From NCBI GenBank assembly GCA_963708075.1, contig OY970194.1, forward strand, positions 1,952,001 through 2,016,000: a DNA stretch of 64,000 nucleotides, in the 5' to 3' direction. The translations under genes and the position numbers were made by a program. A model generated the notes under the pieces. That model saw only the letters and a program-made list of their open reading frames with translations, searched no databases and was not told where the DNA came from. This stretch comes from Sedimentisphaerales bacterium (GTDB lineage Bacteria > Planctomycetota > Phycisphaerae > Sedimentisphaerales > Anaerobacaceae). Shown piece after piece: positions 1-9,524 of this stretch (its first letter is position 1; every line of letters starts with the position of its first letter).

Positions 1-3000
1 GGTCGTAGGTGGCCGGACTCAGGCGGTCATAGGCGGCCGCCAGGCTCTCCACATCCGGCAAGGCCAGCAACTCCGCCGCAAACGGCGCGAAGCCCGCCGA
101 TCCGCCGGCCGCCTGGATGCGGTCGATGTATGCGCCGATGCTCCGCTGATTCGCATTCAGACCCATCGGCATCGTGTCGACGGTGGCACGGATTTGCACG
201 TCCGTCTCATTGGGAAACAGAAGCTCGTAAGTCACCATGGCGGACTGCTCGGTCAGAAGCGTCAGACCGGAATCGGTGACGCCCTCCGCACTGGTCAAAA
301 TCGTAGCTTGGTGCAGGCCGGACGTGAAGTAGCCGGCATTGACCAACTCCACCTGGGCCGTGCCGGCAAGGTCGGAGCCTCCGCTGATATCCAGGCGGTC
401 GGCCTGATCGGAGCCGGCATCCAGATCCACGGCGAGGATGCCTGAACTCGATTGGGCGAGGTGGCCCGTGAGATTCGTGGCCATGATGGTTCCCGACCCG
501 CCCGGGGCAAGCGTGCCGTCATTGCTCAACGTGTTTGACGCGCCAAGATTGACCGCAGCGCCGGCATTCAGCAGGCCTGTCGCGTTGTTGTGCAACGCGT
601 TGCCGCCCGTGCCGAGATCGACGCTGCCGCTGACGGTCCCGTCGTTGTCAATGATGTCATTGCCTGTGCCGGCGACGATGGCCGCGCCGCTCAGCGCGAA
701 GATGCTGCCGGCGTTGGCCAGTGTGTTCTCGGCGCCGTCCATGAGGTACACGCCGGCGCCCGTGCCCGAGCCGCCCTGGACGGTGCCGCCGAGGATATTG
801 ACGGAAATGTCCCCGTTGGCATCGCCACCGACGCTCTGGGCCAGGATGCCGTGTGAGTTCAGGCCATAAGCCGTAATATCGCCGTCAACAGTGATATCGA
901 TCGGGGACCCGACATCCTGGCGGTCCGGGAGAACTTGATTCGCACCCCATCGAACATTGCTGTAGTCATCTTCCACGGGCAGCCCGTCCGTCGTGATAAA
1001 TCCCTGGGCATCCATGGTCACGGTTCTTTGCGTCACCGCGTCGTTGAGTCCGCCGGCGCTCTGGGCGAAGATGCCGTGTGATGCGCCGCCATAAGTGGTG
1101 ATATCGCCTGCGTGGCTGATCGTGATCCGGCCGGCGGAGCCATCGCCGCCGGTGCTGCCGGCAAAGCCCAGACCACCGGTCACCTGACCGCCGACACCGC
1201 CGCCGCCACCCACGCTCTGGGCGAAGATGCCGTAGGAGCCGGAGCCCTGGGTAACGATGTCCCCCGTGCCGGCGATGGTGACCGCCCCGCCGTCTCCGGC
1301 GCTGCCACCACCCTGACCGAAGGCGAGATTGATGCCGGATTCGCTGATGCCGCCGTCGACGTTGCCACCGATGCCGCCGCCCCCGCCGATACTCTGAGCG
1401 AAGATGCCGTGCGCGGCCGCACCGGTTGTCGCAACGGTGCCGACGATGTTGACATCTATGGCGCCGCCATCGCCGGCCGCACCACCGGCCCCACCGACAC
1501 CGACCGTTCCGTCGTCTCCCACGGCGCCGAACCCGCCGATGCCGCCACCGGCGCCGATGCTCTGGGCCAGGATGCCGAACGAGCCATCACGCAACGTCGT
1601 GATATTACCCTCGTTGCGGATACTGATGTCGTTGCCGTCGCCGCTGCTGCCCGCCTTGCCTCCCACGACAATAGCCAGGTCGGCCTCAGACTCGATGGGC
1701 GCCAGATCAAGGAAGGGTGCTATGTCTTCCGGCACGCCAAGATCCGTCCAATCGAGACCGTGGGAGCCGTCGCCGCCCGTGCCGCCGCCGCCGCCGATAC
1801 TCTGGGCGAAGATGCCCACGGCATCGGCGTTGCGGGTCACGATATTTCCGACGTTATCCACGGAGACACTGCCGGCGTCGCCGCCGGCGCCGGCATCGCC
1901 GCCGACACTGATGTTGATGGCCTTGCTGAACTCCAGGGAAGGCGGAGGATCAGACGGGCTCCAGTTGGCAGGGTCGATGCTCAGGGTCATCGCGCGGGCG
2001 TTGCCGCCGACCCCGCCACCGCCGCCCACGCTCTGCGCGAAGATCCCGTGAGAGCTGTCACCGGCCGTGTCAATGCCGCCCTGATTGAGGATGTGGACGT
2101 CGTTGCCGTCGTTGGCCGCCCCGCCCTTGCCGCCGATGGCCAAGGCAAAATCGATCTTGATCTCCGGCTGAGGCGTCTCGCCGCCCCCGCCGCCGCCCTC
2201 CGGGGCCTCGGGCACGGAGATGTTGGCTGTAGCGGCAACGCTTCTGCCGCCGTTGCCACCGCCGCCGCCAACGCTCTGGGCATAGATGCCGTACGAGAAA
2301 TCCTCGTGGGTGACAATCGTGCCCCCGTTGGTCACATCGACGATACCGGCATGGCCGCCCGCGCCACCCTCACCGCCGATGCTGACGGCCAGATTCACGC
2401 TGCCCGTGATCGGGATTTCCGGCGGCATGGGGATCAGACTGCTGAAGTTGACCATGACGGCGCCCGCGGCGCCGCCGTTGCCGCCGCCACCGCCGATGCT
2501 CTGGGCCACGATCCCGTGCGAGAACTCGTCCCAGGTTTCAATGGTGCCGCTGTTGTTGACATCGACCGCGCCGCCACTGTTGCCGAGGCCTCCGGCACCG
2601 CCGAGGCCAAAGCTCAACCCGCCGAAGGCGGTCAGGGCCGCACTGAGGCTCAGACCCCCGTTGCCGCCGCCTCCGCCGACGCTCTGGGCCATGATCCCGT
2701 AGCTCTGCCAGCCATCCGTCGTGATGCTGGTGCCATTGTCGACGTCAACGCTCCCGCCGCGACCGCCCGCGCCGCCGTTGCCGCCGAAGCTGAAGCCCAG
2801 CGTCGTAGCGCCAAGCGCGGCGCCCGAAACGGCAGCGCCGCCGTTGCCGCCGCCCCCGCCGACGCTTTGCGCAAAGATGCCGTAGGCGCGGTCGCCGTAC
2901 GTCTCGATTCCGCCAGACACGGGATCAAGCTCCGTCTGAACGTGGACAGCATCTGCTCTTCCACCCGTGCCGCCACTGCCGCCGAAACTGAGGTTGAGAC

Positions 3001-6000
3001 TGGTGCCGCCACCGAAGCTGCCGGCAAAGCTGAACCCGCCGCTACCACCCCCGCCGCCGACACTCTGCGCCAGGATGGCATGTGCGTCGTTACCGTCCGT
3101 GATAATATGGCTGGCACTGTTGACGTTCACGATGCCGCCCGTGCTGCCTGTGCCGCCGCTGCCGCCGAAGGCGAGATTCGCCGAAATTGGCGCGAAAGCG
3201 CTGCCCGCGATGGCGTATCCGCCGGCGCCGCCGCCTCCGCCGACACTCTGCGCCAGGATGCCGTAGGCGCCGTCGCCGGAGGTGGAGAGGATCGCGTGCA
3301 GCGGGTCGAGCTCCATGCCCACGTTCACCGCGCCGGCGGCTCCCGCGCTGCCCCCTGCGCCACCCAGGGACAGATTGAGGCTGGCACCGCCTGCCCCCGC
3401 GGCGATGCTGAATCCTCCGGCCCCGCCGCCGCCCCCAATGCTTTGGGCGAGTACGGCATGAGCCTCCTGCCCGGAGGTCGTGATGGCCCCGTCGGCCTGG
3501 ACTTGCACGGAGCTGCCATTGCCGCCGGCGCCGCCTGTGCCGCCGATCGCCACACTGACGCCTGCTCCCGCGTGGGCTGCAATCGCGAATCCTCCTGTTC
3601 CGCCGCCCCCGCCCACGCTCTGGGCGAGAATTCCATAGGAACGGTCTCCCTCGGTCGTGATCGTGGCGTCATTGAGATTGGCGATGTCCACCTCACTGCC
3701 ATGGCCGCCTATGCCGGCGTCGCCGCCGATAACGACGCTCAGCGACCCGGACCCACTCACCGCCCCGCCACCATTGCCGCCACCCCCGCCCACACTCTGC
3801 GCGAAGATGCCGTGTGCGTCGTTCGCGTCGGTGGTGATTGTGCCCGCGTCATTCATCACCGTTACGCTGCCGGCGTTGCCGCCGCCGCCCCCGGAGCCAC
3901 CGACGGTGATCCAGCCGCCGGACAGGCCACCGTTGCCACCGCCCCCACCGATGCTCTCCGCAAAGATGCCATGAGCATCAAGCCCGTGTGTGTGAATCGT
4001 GCCGGTGTTGATGACCGTGACGTCGTTGCCGTCGCTGGTGCCGCTGCCCTCGCCGCCGATGGCGACCATTCCGCTGGTGCCGCCGCCGTCGCCGCCGCCG
4101 CCGCCGACGCTCTGGGCGTAGAGGCCGAAGGCATCCGGGCCGAAGGTCTCGACGGAACCATTGTTGGTGACCACGACGTTGCCGCCGTGACCGCCGGCCG
4201 CACCGGTCCCGCCCAGGCTGGCAAACAACCCGAATTCGCCTCCGCCGCTGCCGCCCCCGCCCCCGATGCTCTGGCCGTAAACGCCATGAGAGTATGCTTC
4301 ATGCGTGATCACCACGCCGCCGACTCCGTTCGTGACCGCCACATCCCCGCCACTGCCAGCGGAGCCGCCGTCGCCGCCGAAGGACCAGAACAGACCCCAA
4401 CTCGTGCTGCCCGCGCCGCCGAAGCCGCCCACACTCTGGCCATAGAGGCCGAAGGAGTTGGACTCCCAGGTTTCGATTCTGCCGCCGCTGCTGAGGGTCA
4501 CGTTGCCGCCATTCGTCGCCTGGCCGCCGCCGCCCGGGCTGCCGAAAAGCCAGCCGCCGCTGCCGCCCGCGCCGGCGTTTCCACCGAGGCTCTTAGCCCA
4601 GATGCCGTGCGCCTTTTCACCGCTGGTAGTGATGTCCCAATCGCCATCGACCAGGACCTCGCCGCCCCGGCCACCGGAGCCGCCGCTGCCACCCGGCATC
4701 GCGCCCGAGCCGCTGCCGCCCGCCCCGCCGTTGCCACCGACACTCAGCGCGAGGATGCCGGTGGAATAGTCGCCCGCGGTCGTGATCGTGGCATCGCCCT
4801 CCACGGTGACCAGACCACCGTCGCCTCCGGTTCCGCCCCTGGCGCCATGTCGGAAGGCCCCGCCATTGCCGCCCGGACCGCCGACCCCGCCCGCGCTGAC
4901 GGCCACGATACCGCTGGACTCGTTGGCATCGGTAATAACGCTCCCGTAGGCCGTAACCGAAACGTGACCGCCGTCACTTCCTCCGCCGCCCCCGCTGGCG
5001 CTGTGACTGATACTGCCGCCTCCCCCGCCTGTCCCGGAGCCGCCCTGGCTTTGCGCGAGGATGCCGTGCGACTGGAGGCCCTTCGTCCTGATAGGCCCAT
5101 TGCTTGTGACCGTGACACTATTGCCTGTACCGCCGACGCCGGCCTGGGCAATCAGCCCGTCCACGTAGCGCTGCAGGTCGGGAAAGACGGTCGGTACATA
5201 GGTGGGATCGTTCGGGTCTTCCTGCGGCTTGAGACTCACGCCATATTTATCGAAGTATGCCTCCGTGCTCCAGGACAGGCCGCCCTCCGTCCGGGTCACC
5301 GTAGTAATGAGGGTGCCCTCGATGTCGTTGGTGTCGCCCGAGCTGTTCCTTCCCAGAACGTTGTAGCGCACGGCCGCATAACGCACCTCGTTGACGTCGA
5401 TGTCGTTAAAGTCACTGCCGGGGTCGAAAGCATAGGTTCCATTCGCATCGATCGTGAAAACGCCCGCGGTGCCCCCGAGATCGTTGCCGTCGGCGTCAAT
5501 GATTCGGCCCGCCACGGGTGCACCCAGAACCGCGTTCGGCTCCGCGATGGATGTCACCTCAAACGTAAAGTCGCTCTCGGAGAAACCCTGGAGGTCCGTG
5601 ATGACCGCGGCAGGATAGCCGGGAGTGGCGCTGCCGGCGCTGATTCCGTGGGCTGCCGTCCCGTCCGTGGTGATATTGCTGTCGCTGATGACCTCCACGA
5701 GTCCACCGCCCAACTCGGAACTGCCGGGGATGGGGATATGGAGGAAGGGGTCTTCAGGCACAGGGGCGAAGTAAGACGGACTGCCATAGGCATGGGCATA
5801 AATCCCGTCCGCACCGTCGCCGGTGGTGGAAATGACGACAGGCACCTCACCGTCTCCGCTGTGGACGATCACGTTCTCGCCGAAAGTGTTATCGAAGTGG
5901 ATACCGTCGATGCCGGGGGTGGGAGTGATTGGGCCGATCAGGCTGTTGACCTCGAGCACGTGGACAGGGGGCGAGAAGAAATCGCCCGGGGTAATGACAA

Positions 6001-6193
6001 TCGGGTCGCCGAAGAAAATGAAGCGACGATACCAGACCGTACTCTGAATGCCGTCGGACTGATCGCCCGTAAAGGTTGCCGAATCGCCGTCCAGGCCGGG
6101 CAGATCAGGTCCGGCAGTCGCTTGTGGAGCGACCGTGAAGAGGACCATCAGCACCACGGACGCCAAGGCTACCGGATCTCTCGTGGATCTCAT
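1..6193 (-). CDS. Giant Gly-rich autotransporter/adhesin-like passenger protein (3' end, presumably the beta-barrel, lies beyond the left edge)
   Basis: ATG at 6193 gives MRSTRDPVALASVVLMVLFTVAPQATAG (Sec-type signal). The same frame at the window edge reads ...GLNANQRSIGAYID...LPDVESLAAAYDRLSPATYD, typical of the linker before an autotransporter barrel. The ORF track lists no stop-terminated ORF in this frame, consistent with an open frame of >2060 codons. Confidence 0.85.
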   Translation of the reverse strand, partial: MRSTRDPVALASVVLMVLFTVAPQATAGPDLPGLDGDSATFTGDQSDGIQSTVWYRRFIFFGDPIVITPGDFFSPPVHVLEVNSLIGPITPTPGIDGIHFDNTFGENVIVHSGDGEVPVVISTTGDGADGIYAHAYGSPSYFAPVPEDPFLHIPIPGSSELGGGLVEVISDSNITTDGTAAHGISAGSATPGYPAAVITDLQGFSESDFTFEVTSIAEPNAVLGAPVAGRIIDADGNDLGGTAGVFTIDANGTYAFDPGSDFNDIDVNEVRYAAVRYNVLGRNSSGDTNDIEGTLITTVTRTEGGLSWSTEAYFDKYGVSLKPQEDPNDPTYVPTVFPDLQRYVDGLIAQAGVGGTGNSVTVTSNGPIRTKGLQSHGILAQSQGGSGTGGGGGSISHSASGGGGGSDGGHVSVTAYGSVITDANESSGIVAVSAGGVGGPGGNGGAFRHGARGGTGGDGGLVTVEGDATITTAGDYSTGILALSVGGNGGAGGSGSGAMPGGSGGSGGRGGEVLVDGDWDITTSGEKAHGIWAKSLGGNAGAGGSGGWLFGSPGGGGQATNGGNVTLSSGGRIETWESNSFGLYGQSVGGFGGAGSTSWGLFWSFGGDGGSAGSGGDVAVTNGVGGVVITHEAYSHGVYGQSIGGGGGSGGGEFGLFASLGGTGAAGGHGGNVVVTNNGSVETFGPDAFGLYAQSVGGGGGDGGGTSGMVAIGGEGSGTSDGNDVTVINTGTIHTHGLDAHGIFAESIGGGGGNGGLSGGWITVGGSGGGGGNAGSVTVMNDAGTITTDANDAHGIFAQSVGGGGGNGGGAVSGSGSLSVVIGGDAGIGGHGSEVDIANLNDATITTEGDRSYGILAQSVGGGGGTGGFAIAAHAGAGVSVAIGGTGGAGGNGSSVQVQADGAITTSGQEAHAVLAQSIGGGGGAGGFSIAAGAGGASLNLSLGGAGGSAGAAGAVNVGMELDPLHAILSTSGDGAYGILAQSVGGGGGAGGYAIAGSAFAPISANLAFGGSGGTGSTGGIVNVNSASHIITDGNDAHAILAQSVGGGGGSGGFSFAGSFGGGTSLNLSFGGSGGTGGRADAVHVQTELDPVSGGIETYGDRAYGIFAQSVGGGGGNGGAAVSGAALGATTLGFSFGGNGGAGGRGGSVDVDNGTSITTDGWQSYGIMAQSVGGGGGNGGLSLSAALTAFGGLSFGLGGAGGLGNSGGAVDVNNSGTIETWDEFSHGIVAQSIGGGGGNGGAAGAVMVNFSSLIPMPPEIPITGSVNLAVSIGGEGGAGGHAGIVDVTNGGTIVTHEDFSYGIYAQSVGGGGGNGGRSVAATANISVPEAPEGGGGGGETPQPEIKIDFALAIGGKGGAANDGNDVHILNQGGIDTAGDSSHGIFAQSVGGGGGVGGNARAMTLSIDPANWSPSDPPPSLEFSKAINISVGGDAGAGGDAGSVSVDNVGNIVTRNADAVGIFAQSIGGGGGTGGDGSHGLDWTDLGVPEDIAPFLDLAPIESEADLAIVVGGKAGSSGDGNDISIRNEGNITTLRDGSFGILAQSIGAGGGIGGFGAVGDDGTVGVGGAGGAAGDGGAIDVNIVGTVATTGAAAHGIFAQSIGGGGGIGGNVDGGISESGINLAFGQGGGSAGDGGAVTIAGTGDIVTQGSGSYGIFAQSVGGGGGVGGQVTGGLGFAGSTGGDGSAGRITISHAGDITTYGGASHGIFAQSAGGLNDAVTQRTVTMDAQGFITTDGLPVEDDYSNVRWGANQVLPDRQDVGSPIDITVDGDITAYGLNSHGILAQSVGGDANGDISVNILGGTVQGGSGTGAGVYLMDGAENTLANAGSIFALSGAAIVAGTGNDIIDNDGTVSGSVDLGTGGNALHNNATGLLNAGAAVNLGASNTLSNDGTLAPGGSGTIMATNLTGHLAQSSSGILAVDLDAGSDQADRLDISGGSDLAGTAQVELVNAGYFTSGLHQATILTSAEGVTDSGLTLLTEQSAMVTYELLFPNETDVQIRATVDTMPMGLNANQRSIGAYIDRIQAAGGSAGFAPFAAELLALPDVESLAAAYDRLSPATYD
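830..5070 (-). repeat. Roughly 20+ imperfect coding repeats, consensus (S/A)xGI(F/L/V)AQS(V/I)GGxGGxGG, about every 160-240 bp
   Basis: Recurrent plus-strand motif similar to ctctgggcgaagatgccg (e.g. ~1060, 1215, 1800, 2032, 3063, 3795, 4110). Bases 1201-1240 read GSYGIFAQSVGGG on the minus strand. Confidence 0.85.
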
Positions 6194-6374
6194 TTTCTGC
6201 CCATCCTAAAAGAGTGGATAAGAAGCGGGTACACGGGGGTACTCTGCGGGCGTGCCATGACCCCACACGAGAACTGCTCGCGAGGTCGGTTCCATCCAGG
6301 TGAAACGGCGTGTCGATAAACGAGGTTCTCTCGATCCTGCACGAGACATCCACGGCACACATCCAACCGGTATC

Positions 6375-6403
6375 ATTATATTCAGTGACAGGAGGACTGT
6401 CAA
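6375..6403 (-). promoter_or_regulatory. Perfect sigma70-type promoter for the autotransporter
   Basis: Minus strand reads TTGACA-gtcctcctgtcactgaa(17 nt)-TATAAT, about 180 nt upstream of ATG 6193. Confidence 0.8.
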
Positions 6404-6612
6404 CCATCACCGGCGAAAAGCCGGGGATTGCTGGAAGCCAGGGAGCCGCATCGTTCAACGGATCTGCAGAGGTGAGAGACTCGTCCTGCGATCAGAGTTC
6501 ATGCAGTTCGCCTTCGTGGGACGAGAGACATGTGTATGTCCACTGGTCGCTCAGGAGAAGCAAACAGCAGCCGTGCCACGCAACGGCCCCAACACTCTTT
6601 CGATGAAGCACA

Positions 6613-7576
6613 TTAGACTGCTTCGATCGTTGAAGGAGGCTTTGGAGCTATGTTGTAGGTTACGCTCACTACGCCGGGCACGTCGCGGATGATCTCCCGG
6701 GCGAGATTTTCCAGGATCTCGAATGATAGTCGTGTCGGTGTCGCGGTTCGGGCGTCAATGCTGTCCCAGCAGCGCACCTCGATCTGATAACCGAAGTCGC
6801 GTTTGCCGTCCCGCATTCCGGTGACACGATCCTCGTGCAAAATCGCCATGTACTGAAATGCCCCGGACCCTTTCAGCAGCCTTTCAACGACGGCGGTTGC
6901 CCGGCGAACAGTCGCAACACGTTCCCGCGTCACCTCGCCAATCACCCGAGCCGACAGTGCCGGCCCCGGAAATGGGATACGGTCAAACAGCTCGCTTGGA
7001 AGCCCCAGGGCCTTGCCCACCTTCCGGACACCGTCCTTGCGCAGTTGAATGAGCGGCTCAAGGATACGATAGCCAAAGGCCTCCTGCGGATCGATACCGA
7101 GCTGCGCAAAAACATTGTGCTGCCGCTTGATCCCCGCCACGGTTCTCATCAACGTCCGTCAGGATCGTGCCCTGCAGCAGACACTTGGCTCCACTTTCCC
7201 TGACGATGCGTCCAAAGACATTTCGATAAAAAGTCTGGGTGATCGCTTCACGCTTCTCTTCCGGGTCTGTGATTCCCTTGAGCGCCGCGAAGAACTCATC
7301 CCGAGCGTCGATCACTTCCACCGTCACGCCGAGCTTTCGAAACAGACTCACGACCTGATCGGACTCCCCCTCTCGCATCAGGCCGTTCTCGATGAAGACG
7401 GTCCTGAGCTGCTTACCCAGGGCCCGATGTCCAAGCATTGTGACCGTGGACGAATCGACACCTCCCGAAAGCGCGTTGATCGCCGTTCCCCTCCCGACGG
7501 CATCTTTGATCTCTGCGACCTTCTCGGCGATGAATTGTTCGGTGTCAAGCTTCTGCACGGTAATCTCTGTCATCAT
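6613..7576 (-). CDS. guaAB: GMP synthase ATP-pyrophosphatase subunit (stand-alone subunit B, no glutaminase domain); 1-nt frameshift at ~7143
   Basis: PP-loop ALSGGVDSS, DPEEKR, LLQGTI, IKRQHNV, PFPGPAL and C-terminal KPPSTIE. The two ORFs join if one A is removed from GATGAG(A)ACC. Confidence 0.85.
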
Positions 7577-7606
7577 GAGGAAAACTCCCTTCCATCTTAC
7601 GGCTTT

Positions 7607-7615
7607 AGTATAGCA
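7607..7615 (-). promoter_or_regulatory. Extended -10 element upstream of guaAB
   Basis: Minus strand TGcTATACT about 30 nt upstream of the start codon. Confidence 0.45.
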
Positions 7616-7926
7616 CTGCAATCAGCGTTACACGCACGACATCCATCCTCAACGACCGACTCGCCTCAGCCAACTCCGGCGGGGAATGCCCGATAAATTG
7701 CCCCGGCAACCCGCAACTGCTCAGATAGGCATTGGCAACCCGAACGAGCCTCAGGCAAATCGGCCCCATCTTACTGTCCGGGTCCCATGAACTCAAGGTC
7801 TATCGGAAGTAGGACACCGGGACGCCCGGCCCTCCGCCCTATCGCTCTCTCTCGGAGCGACGACAGACACCGTCCCCATGGCCGCCGGAATCGCTATGCA
7901 AGGAGGATTCGTACCCTTCATCGCGA

Positions 7927-9354
7927 TCATGCCTCCTCGACAACTTTCAATCCCATCAGAGGGGCCAAGTCTCTCATGCGCCCGATATGGCTCCCGTAGA
8001 AGACCACCCGATGAAGCAGAGTCATCATGTCATCGCCCAGGACCCCGCCGCCCCAGTTGTGGACCATGTTCTTTGCGTTCGCCACCTCGGTGGTGATTTG
8101 TGTTCGACACCCACGATCATGGAAGTCTGTCAGTTCCACGATCTTACCAGTGGAAATCAGCATCGTGTCCAGATTGACCAACTTGGCACAGGTAATCTCC
8201 TGGCCCACGCGCATCTGGACCTCCAGGGAGACGCCCTGATTGCTGTCGCACTGGGTCCGGATCAGGAACGGGGCTCGCGTGCCGGTCGGGCCATCCAGTT
8301 TCGTCGTCGACGTGCAATGGGCGTGAATGACCGCGTTCCTGGAGGTGTCGAAGAGTGGGTCGCTGATAAAACCGGGCACGCCGAGGGCATAGGCGAAGAG
8401 CAGCATCGTCAGCGTCGAGTCCATGTCCCCTTCGCAGGCGCCAACCAGCCCCAGATCATTCAGCTTGCTGAACGTTAGACAGCCTTTCGCCGGCGCAGCC
8501 ATGCAGTGGGAACTCGTGATCGCCTGGGCACGCTCCTGGATCATGATCTCTTTGATTGCCAGATACAAGCGGGCCGAGTTGATGATGTCCGCCCGTGAGG
8601 GCTCGACGATCTTCTTCGCCTGGCCGATCCAGTACTGCTCGGCCTCCGCCTCCGCCGCCTTCGGATCAACGGCCTTGTGAGCGGATAGAATTCGTTCCTG
8701 GCTGATTGAGACTATCTCGGGACCAAGACGCCGCTTGACCTGCTCGGCCGAACAGGCCGGCGATGTCCCCTTGGCGGCTCCCACAACGATGATCCGTGAC
8801 TGGCGCATCCGCACGGGCACGCGAAGCAGCGCCGCCGCCCGCTCCAAGTCACCGTAATCACTCGATGTCGACAGGATAACCCTCTTGCCCGCCTTCTGCC
8901 AACCAGAGACATACATCCAGTCATGCCCGCTGAAAGGCTGGGAGAATATGGCCGAAGGTAGCCCCGCCTCCACCAGCTTGAGCAACGGCTCGCCGCTGCC
9001 GAAACTCAGATGCACCATGAGCACGGCGTCGGCATCCTTCAACTTGGCCGCAACATCCGCGGCAGCCGGCACGGTGTTGGGAATCAACTCTCCGCCCACG
9101 AACTTGACGTCGCCGAGTCGAGTCTCCACGCCGGCAAGGTAGTCCTTGAACTTCGTGACTTCCGCAGGAGCATCGAACGTCGGCGTAGGCCATGCACCTC
9201 CAGTGCCGACGTAGACAACGTGGATTTTCACCGGGGGCAGCTTCTGCCAACCCTCCTCCGCGGCGACGGCTAACGGCCGGGCGGCCAATCCTCCCGTCAA
9301 CAGTACACCCCCGGCTGCCGCACCAAGGAACTCGCGTCTCGACATCTCTCCCAT
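7927..9354 (-). CDS. Tat-exported L-fucose/L-arabinose isomerase-like protein
   Basis: SRREFL twin-arginine signal; ACEGDM, HAHCT, GCRTQ and HRVVFYG motifs typical of the fucose-isomerase-like fold; AAGGAG 9 nt before ATG 9354. Confidence 0.65.
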   Translation of the reverse strand: MGEMSRREFLGAAAGGVLLTGGLAARPLAVAAEEGWQKLPPVKIHVVYVGTGGAWPTPTFDAPAEVTKFKDYLAGVETRLGDVKFVGGELIPNTVPAAADVAAKLKDADAVLMVHLSFGSGEPLLKLVEAGLPSAIFSQPFSGHDWMYVSGWQKAGKRVILSTSSDYGDLERAAALLRVPVRMRQSRIIVVGAAKGTSPACSAEQVKRRLGPEIVSISQERILSAHKAVDPKAAEAEAEQYWIGQAKKIVEPSRADIINSARLYLAIKEIMIQERAQAITSSHCMAAPAKGCLTFSKLNDLGLVGACEGDMDSTLTMLLFAYALGVPGFISDPLFDTSRNAVIHAHCTSTTKLDGPTGTRAPFLIRTQCDSNQGVSLEVQMRVGQEITCAKLVNLDTMLISTGKIVELTDFHDRGCRTQITTEVANAKNMVHNWGGGVLGDDMMTLLHRVVFYGSHIGRMRDLAPLMGLKVVEEA

Positions 9355-9524
9355 GGGTTGCATCTCCTTTGTCTTGCCAACTTGTGGATGGATACGTGCA
9401 CGGTTCGCCTGATAGCGTAATCTGGTCCCCTCCGGATTTCCATGACATTTTTTGCGCCGTCTTCCTTGACACTACTTCCCCGTCACTCGTCCCGGGCGGC
9501 TGCTCATTGACGTTGAGAGCCGGG

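Noticed and set aside
830..5070. Regularly spaced repeats as a CRISPR array
   Set aside because: The repeats are degenerate at codon third positions, in frame, and spaced 160-240 bp apart, so they are protein repeats.
1112..6319. 1735-aa plus-strand Ala-rich ORF
   Set aside because: Antisense shadow of the Gly-rich minus-strand autotransporter (GGC codons read as GCC). The signal peptide, promoter and family motifs are all on the minus strand.
7141..7150. Programmed ribosomal frameshifting at GATGAGAACC
   Set aside because: The same decamer disrupts the regulator gene in the opposite orientation, so the effect is at the DNA or sequencing level.
7620..7920. Possible ncRNA or riboswitch upstream of guaAB (two GGCAACCCG repeats, GGGUUGCC reminiscent of c-di-GMP-I, a 6S-like CCTTGA)
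   Set aside because: No complete purine, c-di-GMP or 6S consensus or pairing could be built by eye, and the putative -10 lies downstream of it.
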